A DNA stretch of 64,000 bases from Paraspadella gotoi (taxonomy: Eukaryota > Animalia > Chaetognatha): the NCBI GenBank assembly GCA_051294375.1, contig CM119265.1:9496339-9560338 (forward strand). Reading direction: 5' to 3'. The notes beneath the pieces were generated by a model that saw nothing but the letters and a program-made list of their open reading frames with translations, was not told the origin of the DNA and ran no database searches. Shown here one piece after another: positions 25,101-37,700 of the stretch. Position 1 is the first letter of the stretch. Every line of letters begins with the position of its first letter. The translations under genes and the position numbers were made by a program.

Positions 25101-28100
25101 GCCTGACGAACGGTGTCGTCATCGTTGGAGCTCCCGTTGGTCGAGGCCTCGCCGAAATCGTCCAGACCATCGGGGTAAGGGCGCTTATTAGAGTTGTCAG
25201 GAAAAAGGCATTTTCGGGTGGAGGGAGGGAGTTGAGAAGGCTGAGCGGCGACGGCCTCTTTGACTAGCGGCGCCGTTTGGGGAGATCGACCGAGTTGGCG
25301 CAAAAGCTCCAACGCCAGGTCGAGTTCGGTCTGCGTGGACTTGGCAGAGTTGGACGGCGGAGACGACGTCGCGGCGAAGGGGGCGGTGAAAGCGGGGAGG
25401 GGGGGAACTGTGACTTCGGAGGAACCGGAGGATGCGTCGGGAGTGGGGAAGATTGTCGTCTGGGGAGAGCGGGCGTTGGGGGGAGGGTCGGACTGGGTGG
25501 ACGCGCATTTGGTAGGCGGATGTTGGCGAGAAAGCGAATGGCCAAAGATTCCGGGACCGGATATGGAGAAGGAATCATCGACGGAGGGAAAACCGACGCC
25601 GACGGCCGGAAGGACGTCCGAGTAGGAAAGGATTTCTGCGAATGGGTTGGGTTTCGCGTTTTTATATTTCGCAATTATTAATTAATTTTTGATCTATTTA
25701 GTCATCCCTTTCCAATGTCACTCACCGGCGGGCGTCTCCTCTTCCTCCTCTCTGCTTCCCGATGGATTTCCGTGTGCCCTCCATCCGTTTTTCATCTGAT
25801 GCTGCAGCTGCTGCTGCGCCTCCTGCGCCCATTCTCCCTCTGAAGCGCTGGACGGCGTACGGTGCCGCTGCACTTTGCGATGCGGGCGGGGCGGGTGCGG
25901 CGCGTTGCGTCCGCCGCGGGGCGTCCCGTTGAGGCGGGCCTCGTCCTCGTCTTCGGTTGTGGAATAGATGGTGTTGCCGGCTGAATTGGAAGAGCGCGAG
26001 TTAATTAAGTTAGTTGAAAGAAAACAAGCCGAAAAATTTCCCGTTTTACCAGTTTGCGCTTCCTGCAACCGAAACTGCGCCTTCTTCAGTTTCTGGTGCA
26101 ACTGACTGATGAGGATGTCCTTTCCTTTGACTTCTTCCACCAGGCGCTCCAGCTCGTCCCTTGCTTGAGACGCCGCCGCCTGATTCTCCGAAAGGATCCC
26201 GCGATACTTCGTATTCTGGAAGGGGATACAGAGAGAGAGAGTAGTAGTTTATTCTATACCAATTCCATTTCTCTTCCCCATTCTCGCTCGAGACACCATT
26301 TCTTCTTCCTCTTCCGCCTCTTTTCCTCTCTTCCCCTTCCTCAACAGCGAGTGACGACAGAAGGAGAGAGAGAGAGAGAGATTTTTGTTCTGTCTTGGGT
26401 TCTACTTCAGGTGGAGAGCTCCCTCTCAGAGAATATACTTTTTTTGCCTATTTTTTGGACTTTTCCTTTGACTTTACTCATAGAGAGATAGAGATACTGG
26501 ACCGACCCAGCAGTTAGGAATAGATTAAAAATGACTAAGGATAGAATAAAAATATTTAACTAATTAAAATAAAAGGTAGTGTGAAAAATATTAGATAAGG
26601 AAAGTGAGAAAAGCGAAAAAACCCTTCGGAATTCTGTTTCCACGGCAACGGGGAAAAAAAGAGTCGACACAAAAAGACGAAAGTGAAATCGATTTTGCAG
26701 CAAACATTGGAAATCGATTTTTCGAGAGAATAACTTTAAAAGCTAAGTTTGTAGCCAGAAGAACGAAGGAGAGGCCAACTTTTTTGGGTTCGATAGCGAG
26801 ATACCTGCGCGTTCTTTTCGTTGAGCAGATTCCTCAAGGCACCGACTTCGGCATGAAGCTCCGCCGCTTCCGCTTCGAGCGACGTCATCTGCTGCTCCCA
26901 CGCGGAATGTAGGCTGAAGAGAGAAAGAACATACAATCCGATTTCACCCGATTTAAAAATTACAGGCCTGAAACTAGTTAAAAGTAATAAAAATTTTATC
27001 GATTCAAGCTGGGTGGCTTCTGTTTAATAAAACCTAAGTCGTCAATAGCGACTGGGAGATAAGAAATCTTGAATTTGAAATCGCGCAGGCCGAGAAATTT
27101 TATGATAGAGAAAAAAAAAGAAAGAAAGAAAGACAAGAAAATTTTTATCGCTTTTCTACCTGGTGGCAGATTGGAGTTCGGCGGCCAATCTCTCGACCTC
27201 CTCGCGAAGATCGGCGTTGGCCTCCTCCAAAGCATAGATCTCGGAATCCGTCTTCACTCTTTGGTCTTCGTCCTCTTCGTCAACTTTGGCCGATTCGGCG
27301 TCATGCTTTTTGAAAGAAAATACACCTTAGATAATTAAGGACCAAAACAGCAATCGCCCTCTTCTATTCTAACCCCAAGAACGCGCGCGAGATTCGCTGA
27401 CGTCTTCCGCAGGTACGCGGCCTGGCGCCGCAGCGCCGCCATTTTGTTGGGCGCAATCACGTGATCCTCGGTCGGCGTCTGAGTGTCGACGGACGCGTCG
27501 AACTGCGTCGAGAGGTCGTCGGCCGAATCCTTCAGACACTGGAGGGAGAAAAAAAAATAAAATGGAATTAGAAAGAGAGCGATTGATCAGAATGAGAGCT
27601 AGAAAGCAAAGCAGTCTCGCCTGACAGAGGTTGTGCGCGTCAGCGATCTTCTTCTTCAAGCCCAAAATCTCTATTTCCCTTTCGCGCAGATCTTCGCCCG
27701 TCGCCGAACGCGCCGACGCTGGGACGTCTCGAGACGCCCTCGTCTCCGGGTCGGCGCCGGGGACGTCGCTGGCGCCGTCGATGGGGAGGGTGGCTTCGAG
27801 AAGCTGACGTTGGAGAGACTGGTTTTCGGAATGAGTTTCCGCGAGCTGGAGAAGAAATTGAGGGAAAAGGTGTTAATTAATATAAATGTCATTAACTCGA
27901 AAAAACTTTCGAGAACCGTTTCTTGCCTGACACTTGACGTTGTCCAGCTCTCGCTGCAGAGCGTCAAAGGCGTTGCGGTTCAAAGTCGCCGTGTCGTCAA
28001 GAGATTTGGAGGCGTCGTCAGTTGAGGGCAAACGTTGGCGAAGATCGCCAATCGTCGCCGAGTGGCTATTGAAAAAAAAAGGTGTTGAGGTTATTTTCAA

Positions 28101-31100
28101 ATTTAAACATAGTAAAATGTTAACTTAATATTAAATAATACCGATGGAGCTGATCGACGAGCGTCTCCACGCTGCTCTTCAAGAAGCCGACGTCCTGACT
28201 TTCTCTCGCCTCAAAGGCGAGTTTCTCGACATCGTTCGACGGTAGCAGAGACGGCGCCGACCAGGTCATTCGACGAGGCTCGGAATCCCGCCTCTGATTG
28301 GCCGCCGTGAACGACTTTGAGCGCTGATTAGCCGGTAGATCTTCCTCGTTGACCAACGAGACGTCGGAAAGACGCCTCTCTGGGGTGAAGCCGTCGAGGG
28401 AGTCGTTGAGGGGCTGATCGAAGGAGGATTCGTTGAGGAGCCGATCCAGCATTGATTCGCTGGAGCTGCGGTGTGGGGAGGATGAGATGGCTCCGGATTC
28501 TTCGAGGAGGGAACTGGAGGAATCAATTATTTTAAAAATTATACGATACATAATTCAAATGATTTATGAACTTTTCTGCTAAATTACGGAAAAAAAGATG
28601 AGCCTTACCGGTAGTGCTTTGCCTTCTTGGCCACGTGCCGCACGGTAGCCTCGGTCGATGCGAGTTTCTTCCGCAGCCGCTCGTTCAACTCCTTCATCGA
28701 CTCCAAATGCTGAGCCTGCTCGAGCTTGTCTTGACTGGAGGGGCGGAGGCCGGTGGCGAGGGTCTCGGAACTCTTGGAGCGGATGGGGATGAGGGATTTG
28801 CCGGAAGGGGGTTTGGACACGGGGGAAGAGGCGAGGGAGGATCGGGATCCGGATTTGGAAGGAGATTTAGAGGGAGACGAGGATTGCGCAGTCGACTTGG
28901 ATTTCTCCTTCGCCTCCTCCAGATCCGACTTGAGGCGTTCGATCTCCGCGGCCAACTCCACGATCAGTTGAGGATCGAACTTGGATTCGCCGTCTATATC
29001 AAAATGAAATAAATTATATTTATTAAAAATAATAATAATAATAATATAATGATATTAAAAGGAAACGCCGACACTCACCCTCTCCCTGATTCAGCTGGAT
29101 CTGCCTCTTGAGCAGCTCTATCAAGCGATCCGCGGCCTTCAACTTTTTCTTGAGCTTCTTCACTTTCGCCTTGGTCTCTTCGGGATCGAGGGCGGCGGAG
29201 GCGGTGGCGGCCGAAGGGGCGGCGGAGGAGAGGGAAATGTCAGCGACGGAATCGAGGCGGGTCGAGGCGTCGTCAGAGGACGAGAGGCGGGGTGAGGATT
29301 GTTGGTGCTGGGGTAAGGGACGAATGGAAACGAAATAAAATGTCGTCCCCTGTTCTAATTTACGATTGTCTTCACACCAACCTGTAAAATGAGCTGCTCT
29401 CTCAACGACTGATTCTCCTCTTCTCTCTGTTGAAGCTCCTTTTCCTTAAGCCTCAATTCTCTGTGCAGCCGAGCGGGGTCATCGTAAGCGTTGGGGTTGA
29501 CGACAGCCTGACCCATTGCATCCTTCGGGCCGGCGGTCGAGACTGTGGACGCCGTCGAAGCTTCTTCGGAGATTTGACTACGAGAACCTGTAGGAGATTT
29601 CCCTCCTAGGAAGGGGAAGCACATTGCTAAGGCTACCGAAAGAGAAGGAGAGAAAATTTAGTTTTCCTGTTCTAACGACGACTAACTGACGTCTATACTA
29701 AAGATACTAAAAGGCAAAACGCTCTCTGGCATAAAATTATTTATTCTACCACAAAATGGATTCAATTTCAACGATAACAATCAACGTTACGCGATTTGAT
29801 CGAGAGTTTCTTCTGGAACACTAACTTGATTTCGATCTCATGCAATTGAGGGAAACACCTTGCGTCGAATAAAAATTATTGTAGGTCCGCATTAAGTCTT
29901 CTCTTTATCATAGGTTAACTTACCTTTGCCAGGCCGTTTAAATTTAGAGGGCGTAGTCTTTTTAGGCGACGCCTTTTCTTTGGCGGCGTCGACGGCGCCT
30001 TCGAGGTTATGGCGCAACTGTGCCACCTGAAAAAGCATTTCAAGATTTGACTGTCTAAAAAATTAAATCAAATCCGTAGACCGTGATCACCATACCAAAA
30101 ACCAAATCGTGATAAATATACTCCAATCTACCCTACTCCACCACCATCACACCTTCTCCAACTCTTCCTGCAGCCTTCGCAGGGCCTCGACGGCGTCATC
30201 GCGCATCACGCATCCCCCGATGGTGGATGCCATCTCGAGGTAAGCGTCGCGTTCGCGCTCCGCCGCGTCGCGTAGCAACGCGTAGCCTCCTTTCTCTTTT
30301 GAGTTCATATTCTGAAAATTCGGTCGATGCATAAGACTAAGTGTAAATTGAGGCAACCGCGTAGGGCGAACGCAACCTTTATGAGATAAATGACGATTAC
30401 TGAGGTCAATTTATAACTAATTACGCTGTTTATTCTTCTTAAAAATGAAGGATAGGAGCCAGGGCTGACGGCTTCGATGGAAGACCAGTCATCCTCGGAA
30501 GTTTCCACGGCCGAATCGGCGACCTTAAAAACCCGGGGCATCGAAAAGGACGAGTATAAGAGTCGAGATCTTTGAAATTTGACATGACAATGAGCAAGAA
30601 ACAATTCACCACAAAATTGTATGACTTCAATGATGTGCCGTTGGTCGAAGAGGAAGACAGCGTGGGAGACGGAGCGAAAATTCGTTTCCACGCAGAGTGC
30701 GGTTCTGGCTCCGCTCTTTCACGAGGGGATCCGGGGCAGAACCACTCTTCGTGAAGAAAAGCTGCGGCGCCAGAAAAGAAAGAGCTAAACGTTGGACAAA
30801 AGAAATGGAAGCGCGGGCGGCCTTTTTTCACCTTGAATATTTTCTGATGGATCGCCGAAAGCGACGCGACAAATCCGGCAGAGTGAACCGGTAAGCCGAA
30901 GCGAAACAGGGTTTTCCGAAAAAGACTCCGAGAGCTCCCTTACGAATAATTTAAGCATCATTATAAACAAATTTACGGAAAAACGATTTTTCAAACTCCA
31001 AATAGTTTTTCCTTGACCACCTCGGCGAACGCAGGTAAGGCGAGGGCAGCAGAGTCGATTCGGATCCGAACTCGATTCGATCTTCAACCTCCAATCCTCT

Positions 31101-31664
31101 CAGATCCGTCGGCTCTTTTCGTTTGTCGCCGTCGCTGGAGAAAGAAGCGTCGCCGGAAGTTGGGGCAGAGGAGACGCAGAGGAGCAAAGATGGCGGATCT
31201 TCGCGAGATAAGCGATCGTCGTCATCGATCGAGGACAAAAACCAATTGGTTGACGGAGTGAAATCGGGTAAGTTCGCGGATTCAGCGGGATTCTCGGCGT
31301 CGAGGCCGATGAAAGAATGAGACGGCGTGGCGTTTGCCGTCCAGTATCCCGTGTCCGAGCTCCATCGTAGTGGAGAAGACGCGATTACATCGGAACGAGT
31401 CGAGTCACGTAGATTGACATCCGGAGACAGGTTTATATTAGAATTATTGGGATCGAAATTAACCTCGACATCGCGCGTCTCCATTTCTCGTCAGTTAATT
31501 TCGGGAATCGATGATTCCGATTTTTATGTCAATAATCTCTATGCGTCATACACGCGCGAGCGAATCGAGGACTGAAGCCAAAAAGAACGCGAAATTCGTC
31601 GTCACGGCGACCGAGTCAACAAATGACGATTTGGTGATTTTGCCACTTCCTCTTCCTCCGTCGC

Positions 31665-31715
<51 letters not shown>

Positions 31716-34700
31716 CGTATTTATCGATTCAGAGAGAGAGAGTCACGAAGGATAAGCGCGCTTTAAAAAATAGTTGAAAGATTTTTTTAAAGATCGAAAA
31801 TCGTCGCGGAGAGTTAATCTGCCCTCTGTTAAAAAAATTAGAAAAAAATGAGAAAAGGGGTTTGATGCAAAGTTCGAGTTCGTGACTTTTTCTTTCTTCA
31901 ATCAAAAACATTTTTAATTTATCAGTTATTTTTTTTATTTCAAATTTAAAGCCTCCCTCCTAAAGTCCAAAGTACGTAGTAATATTTTAAATTTTTTCTC
32001 AATACCCTGGTAATACTAAAAGTACTAAAATAAAAAATCGAATTATTTTGCGTGACAATTTTTTTTTATGGAACCATTTTCTCGCCATATGAATGATTTA
32101 TTCGCGGGAAAAGAAACGGTCCCATTGGGGAATTGGTATTTAAGATAAACCGAAATAGTGGGAACAATAGTTTTATCACTCGAGGCAAACAACGTTAGGG
32201 TAAAGAAAAGTTTGGTTTCGTGACTCGCGTGACTGAGATGGAATTTTTAGTAGGAAGAAAGTGGACAATATCGATCGGGCGGAGGGAGGTGAAAGGAAAT
32301 TTATGAAGCTCGTAATAATCGCTATCAGAGGCAATCACGATTTCACAGATTTTTTTAAACTAAGTTTGGTCTGACTTGTACTACATTAGTAATCGTCATT
32401 ATCTCAACTCCACTCAAAGGTCTCATTTAACGTCAAATCATCCATAACCTCACCTTTTCCATGCCTCCGTTTCCGACCGACGCTCTCCTGATCACGTGAC
32501 CAATTTCAATCTGTAACTTCTGAGGGTCCGAAAAAGCGCTAAGACCCGCGGACTCCAGCGCCTTCTTGAGAGCGTTCAGCTCGTCCTTGAAAAGAGATGT
32601 TCCGTTTAAGTTTAGGCGTAGCCTATTTCAATACCATGAGAAACTAAAAATAACTCACTCTGATCGCTCGCGCGTCATCGACGCTGAGCGAGGCCTCCTT
32701 CTCCTTGAGGCTTTGACGAATCCTGTTGATCTCGTTCTCCAAATCCTCCACTTTCGAATTGGCCAAAGTCAAATCCTTCTTTTGCTTCTCCGACGCGGAA
32801 CGAACCGACTTCAGCTCGGCCTCTTTCTCCTAAGGAGGCAATTAAGGTAACATACTGCAACAAAGCAAAAAACAAAAGACAACCGTCACTCACCGCCATC
32901 TGCTTCTTCAACTTGCGATTCTCCTTCTCCGCCTTCTCCTTCCCGATTCTAATCTCCTTCATCTTCTCTTCGACATCCGGATCCCGAATGCCGGGTCCCG
33001 TAGCGCAGAGCAGCACGTCTTTGCCGCGGCCGGATTCGATGAGGCTCTGGGTAATGGGAAAATTAAATGCAAATCAGAAATCAATAGCGAAGCACTAAAT
33101 ATTAGTACGAAATTCCAAATCAACGCTTACCTGAATGACGTCGTCCTTCTCCTTGAGGGCCTGACGCAACTGGGCGATGGTGTCGGTGAGCTGCTCCCCA
33201 TTCCATTGGCTTCGCGTTTCCGCCTTTTCCAATTCGAACTGCTTTCGGTTCAAGTCGGACGTCAGCTCCTGGATTCGACGGGTCAGCTCCGCTCTTTCTT
33301 TCTCCTCTTTTCCGAATTGGGCCTGTATCGGTTCAAATTGATTTAATTGAATAATAAAAGGAACAAACAAACAATGTTAAACATACCTTTAGATCGTCGT
33401 CTTTTTCCGAAAGCGCTTGGACGAGCTTTTGCGCAGTTTCGTCGCTCGATTTGGCCGCCTCGGCGCGCTCCTTCAAAAGGTCCTAAACAAAAAGAAGAGG
33501 AAATCGGATGAAATTATAAGTCCATAATCCAGTCATCTCCAATCTCCATGGGATATAAGCCAATAATAATATCGACGGAAACCGTGAGAACATCACCTCG
33601 GGACCGCACTCCCCGCAAAAACATCGAGTCAAATTCCAAGAGCCTTTCCGATGAGCTTCAACAAAATCGAATTTGTGTCGATGGCTAAAAACGACGGGAT
33701 TTGGATGCGGACGCCACATGGTCGCCATCCCGAGGGAAAATTAGTGGAAATCAGACCACGCGGATTTTCTTGTCTCTTTTCTCAAGAAATTCAAACCACA
33801 TTTTATTAAAAATTTCCAAGTAGAAAACGAAGGCGACGAAAAATATTTTGAAATGACCGAAAAAATCTGACACTTTGGATCTTTCATGCGAATTTCGATC
33901 CGAGGCTGGAACTAAAGTTGTTATGTTAGGTAGCGGCGACGGGCGAAAAAAATATTTTTTCTCGGCCAACGGAGCTCGAGAAAATAGGAAACGTGAATTC
34001 TCAAGACTAAGTCGAAATCATTTGCTTTGGTCGACAAACGCACGATTTTAGAAAACGATAAGTTTTTTCCTGCGGGGTCTTTTTTGAAAAACGAGAAAAA
34101 GAAATGAGAGGGCAAAGAGAATATTCGGTTTTCTCCCTTTTGATGTGGACGGATGTGGAGGCCGGACGCTTCAGTCTCATAAGCACACGACACATTTTAC
34201 GTAGCATTTTTTATGGCTTCGGGATCATGATTGTCATGCATACTCGGCCGAAGTCCGAATCATAATCCGACTCCGGTTGGGTCAGGTCGTTTGAAGGTCA
34301 AAATCAAACTTGGATTTATTTAGAAACAAAGAAGGATCTTCATAAGTATCACTGGTAATCTAAATCAGGAGCTTGGGAAGAAGTGCAAACGAAGGCAAAA
34401 CATTTTTCAGCCGTTGCACTGCCGAAATCTGATGAGAGAAAAAAAAGTCGTCCTTGGCACAATATCTGGACAATACTACTCCGCAAAGGTTGGATTGTCT
34501 GACCTCTGGGGAGGATTGGGTCTGACCCTCGTCGTCTTTTGGTCTTGCCATGGGAGGGTAATAACTCTTTTCGTGTCCTCGTAGTAAATCAAAGTAACTA
34601 TTTTTTTCTTTTGAGATACATCAGGGATGGAAGGGACCAAGAATAACGGGGTAAAATCCTATGTAAAATATCAATTGTTTGCGGGTTCATTCTCAAACAA

Positions 34701-37700
34701 GATCATTCCGCCCGTAAACTAGTTTCAGAAACGAGTCTTCTCTGTAACCCCCGTTAGCAGAGACCTATCCAAGTGTGGAGCTTGCAAAATCAAAACTGAC
34801 ACCAGATGGGGAAACCAGGGTTCTTGAGAAGACCGATACACGAGAGACAGATATAATTAAAGTTTTAAAACTCTCCGCCACCACTTTCTTAACTCGAGCT
34901 TCCGCACGCAACCATCGGAGGAAGAGTCAAAAAAAGCGAATATCCGGAAAAGGAAAGACGAGTAACCAAAGAAGCACGAAAATCAAATCGTTAAGACAAG
35001 GAAAACAGTTTTACTTTCTTGAAAATTGCAGTCAAAGCCAACTGTTAACGCTTTAACGATGTACACTTTGAAATAAGTTAAACTGCGGAGATTCTTTATT
35101 TAGAGCAAACTGCGGAAAAACTAAAATGAAAGAAACCCGAAATTAGCAAATCTTTCCACAACATATGTAAACCTTTACGATGAATTTGGATTGTCATGGA
35201 CGCCTTGGGTAGGACATTTACATTAAGGTAGGTCGGGTTAAAAGTCCTAATTTTCTACGGGCCAGAGAAAAAACTCGCTTCCGTCACCCGTTTAGCCGAT
35301 TGGACTCGAAACTGGCGATGATGTTACGCGCCAAAGTACTTATTCTCGGCCCCCCTGCTTCGGGCAAAACCGTGCTCGCCAACTTTCTGTCTGACGCCAC
35401 CGAGTCGATCGCCGCCAACTATCGCCCCACCAAGTGAGGAAGAAGAGGGAGGGGGAAGCATTTCGTTTAAGATATCACTGGTGCCACGCCTCAATTTATC
35501 TCTCCCGACAGAGGCGTCCGAATTCTGGAGTTTGAGAATGAGAAAATGAGGATCAAGGGTCGCAAGATCAACGCGGAAGTCGAGCTTTGGGACTGCGGCA
35601 GTGACTCCAGGGCAGAGATGTGTTGGCCGATGTTCGCGCAGAACATCAACGGCATCATCTTCGTGTTCAACAGCGGCGTGGAGTCCCACCCGAAATACCT
35701 GGAACGTGCCCACACACATTTTATCAGAAAGATGGCACTTTTGAGGGCAAGTTTTTGAGAGTTTATATGAATCCCGTTGTTTAAAATATATAAACTGAAA
35801 TTGCTTACAAACCAGGATTCCCAGTGCATAATTTTTTCGAACCGAAAATCGGAGGCGGGCCAAGGAAGCGAGGCATCGACGAGCTTGAACGTCAATCACC
35901 TACAACCGCCGCCGATAGCGACGGGAAGATTTGAAAGGAACGATATAGGTGGGAGAAACAAAAACATGGTGGTTATTGATGAAGGAAGTAGCAAAGTCAA
36001 AACCCATTTCCTATTTAGAACCGCTGCGATATCAACGAGATGTACCGGTTTCCATGAGGGAGATAACGTGCGTGGCAACCGACGTTACTCACGCTCCGGA
36101 GGAGCTGAGAGCCGCTTTTGAAAACTATCTTCACAGGTGATCATAGAATCAATATAGTTCATTGAACAAATTTAGAAATATTAAAATTTTCCCATTTTTA
36201 CTATTCCAGAATACTCGGCACGATGGCGGAACAAGCCGATAAGATGGAACAAAGCATTTTGTCGACGGATACCGACTACATTCGATGAATATTAAATAAA
36301 CTAAAACTATTTAAAGGCTGTTTTTATACAAAATACTCGACATCCTTTCTTAAAGAATATTCCCCTGAATACTTGTAAATAGTAGGTGTATAAAAACCTT
36401 TCTAGCAAACATTAATATCTTTAGTACTATAGTTTTAATACATAAAATACAATAAACATTCGATTACCTGAATAAACCTGTCTTTTTCGACAAGCGCTTC
36501 GCGTAATTTCGCCACTGCCTCGTCGCTATCGTTGGCCTAAAAATATGAAAAGTGAATTTTAAAATGTGACACAAAGACACATTCAAATTCAATAGCAAGA
36601 GCATACCAAAGGCACGAGTCGATTGGTCGCCTCGAGGGCGCGGTTGAGGCCGTCGACGGTGGTCTCCAACTCCTTCACTGTCGCCGCGTGAGTTTCGTCC
36701 TTTTCCTAAGGATGAAGATAACTTAGATGTAATTAAGCTGCAGCGCGGGAGGCTACAATCCACGACAGAAAAGAGAAACGCAAAGACTCCACAGATTAAG
36801 AACGTGAGACTGAAAATTGGTATGGGATAGTAGAAAAAATCTAAATAATCAACTAAGAAACTTTAAAAGTAACGGTCCCCTTGGACAAAAGGAAAGGAAT
36901 AGAAAGAGTTGAGTGGCTATGCTAAGGTTATATTCGACGCACCAAGAAAAGCCTGAAGTGATAAACTGATATAAGACGCGTCTGGAATAACATTTCGTGA
37001 AAAGTAAGAAAATCGCTAGCATTTTTTTTAAAAAATATCAGAGCGAAACATCAAAAAGAAATTTTCGCGAATATAAATTACTTCCTCTCCCAATTTTCTT
37101 TCTAGAAGCTGAAACCAACCATCAATTTATTTTGATTGCGGGGAGTTGGAAGTTGAAAAAATTCGTTGCCATGGCAACTCTCTCGTGCGTCGGGGTCGTT
37201 AGGTCGGGCCAACGAATCCGAAAGGGACGGAGTTTCGGGGAGGGGAAAAGCGTCGGCGCGTTGCAGGTCGTCCAAAAGAACCAGGTTCACGGGCAGAGAG
37301 GGAATGGCCGAAGAAAAAACCGGGGGAGGGGGATGAGGCGAGGGACGGGCGAGGGAGAAGCCGGAGAAGCGCTCGGGGACTGGGGAGAATGAGGAACCGA
37401 ATTCGACGAAGCGATTGGGGAAACTGGAGAGACTCAGAGCCGGAAGACGACAAGGGATCCTCGAAAAGAAAAAAGGTAAGATTGGCGGAGGGGGCGGGGC
37501 GAGAGAAGACGGAAGACGAGGGAGAGTAAAGGATGGGCAGTTCAGAAGGTGAGATTGAAAGGGGAGTGACTGAGAATGGAGAGGACGAAGAAAGAACCAC
37601 CATGCGGTCCTGTTGGTAGTTGGAGTTAACGTCAGCGGATATCATGTTAATCGCGGATTCAGATCGAGAAGTCTGGTCAGAGTAAGTCTACCATGAGTGG

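Noticed and set aside
34320-34900. Moderately GC-rich open frames upstream of IFT22
   Set aside because: No identifiable product or convincing splice structure; would need RNA-seq or BLASTX.
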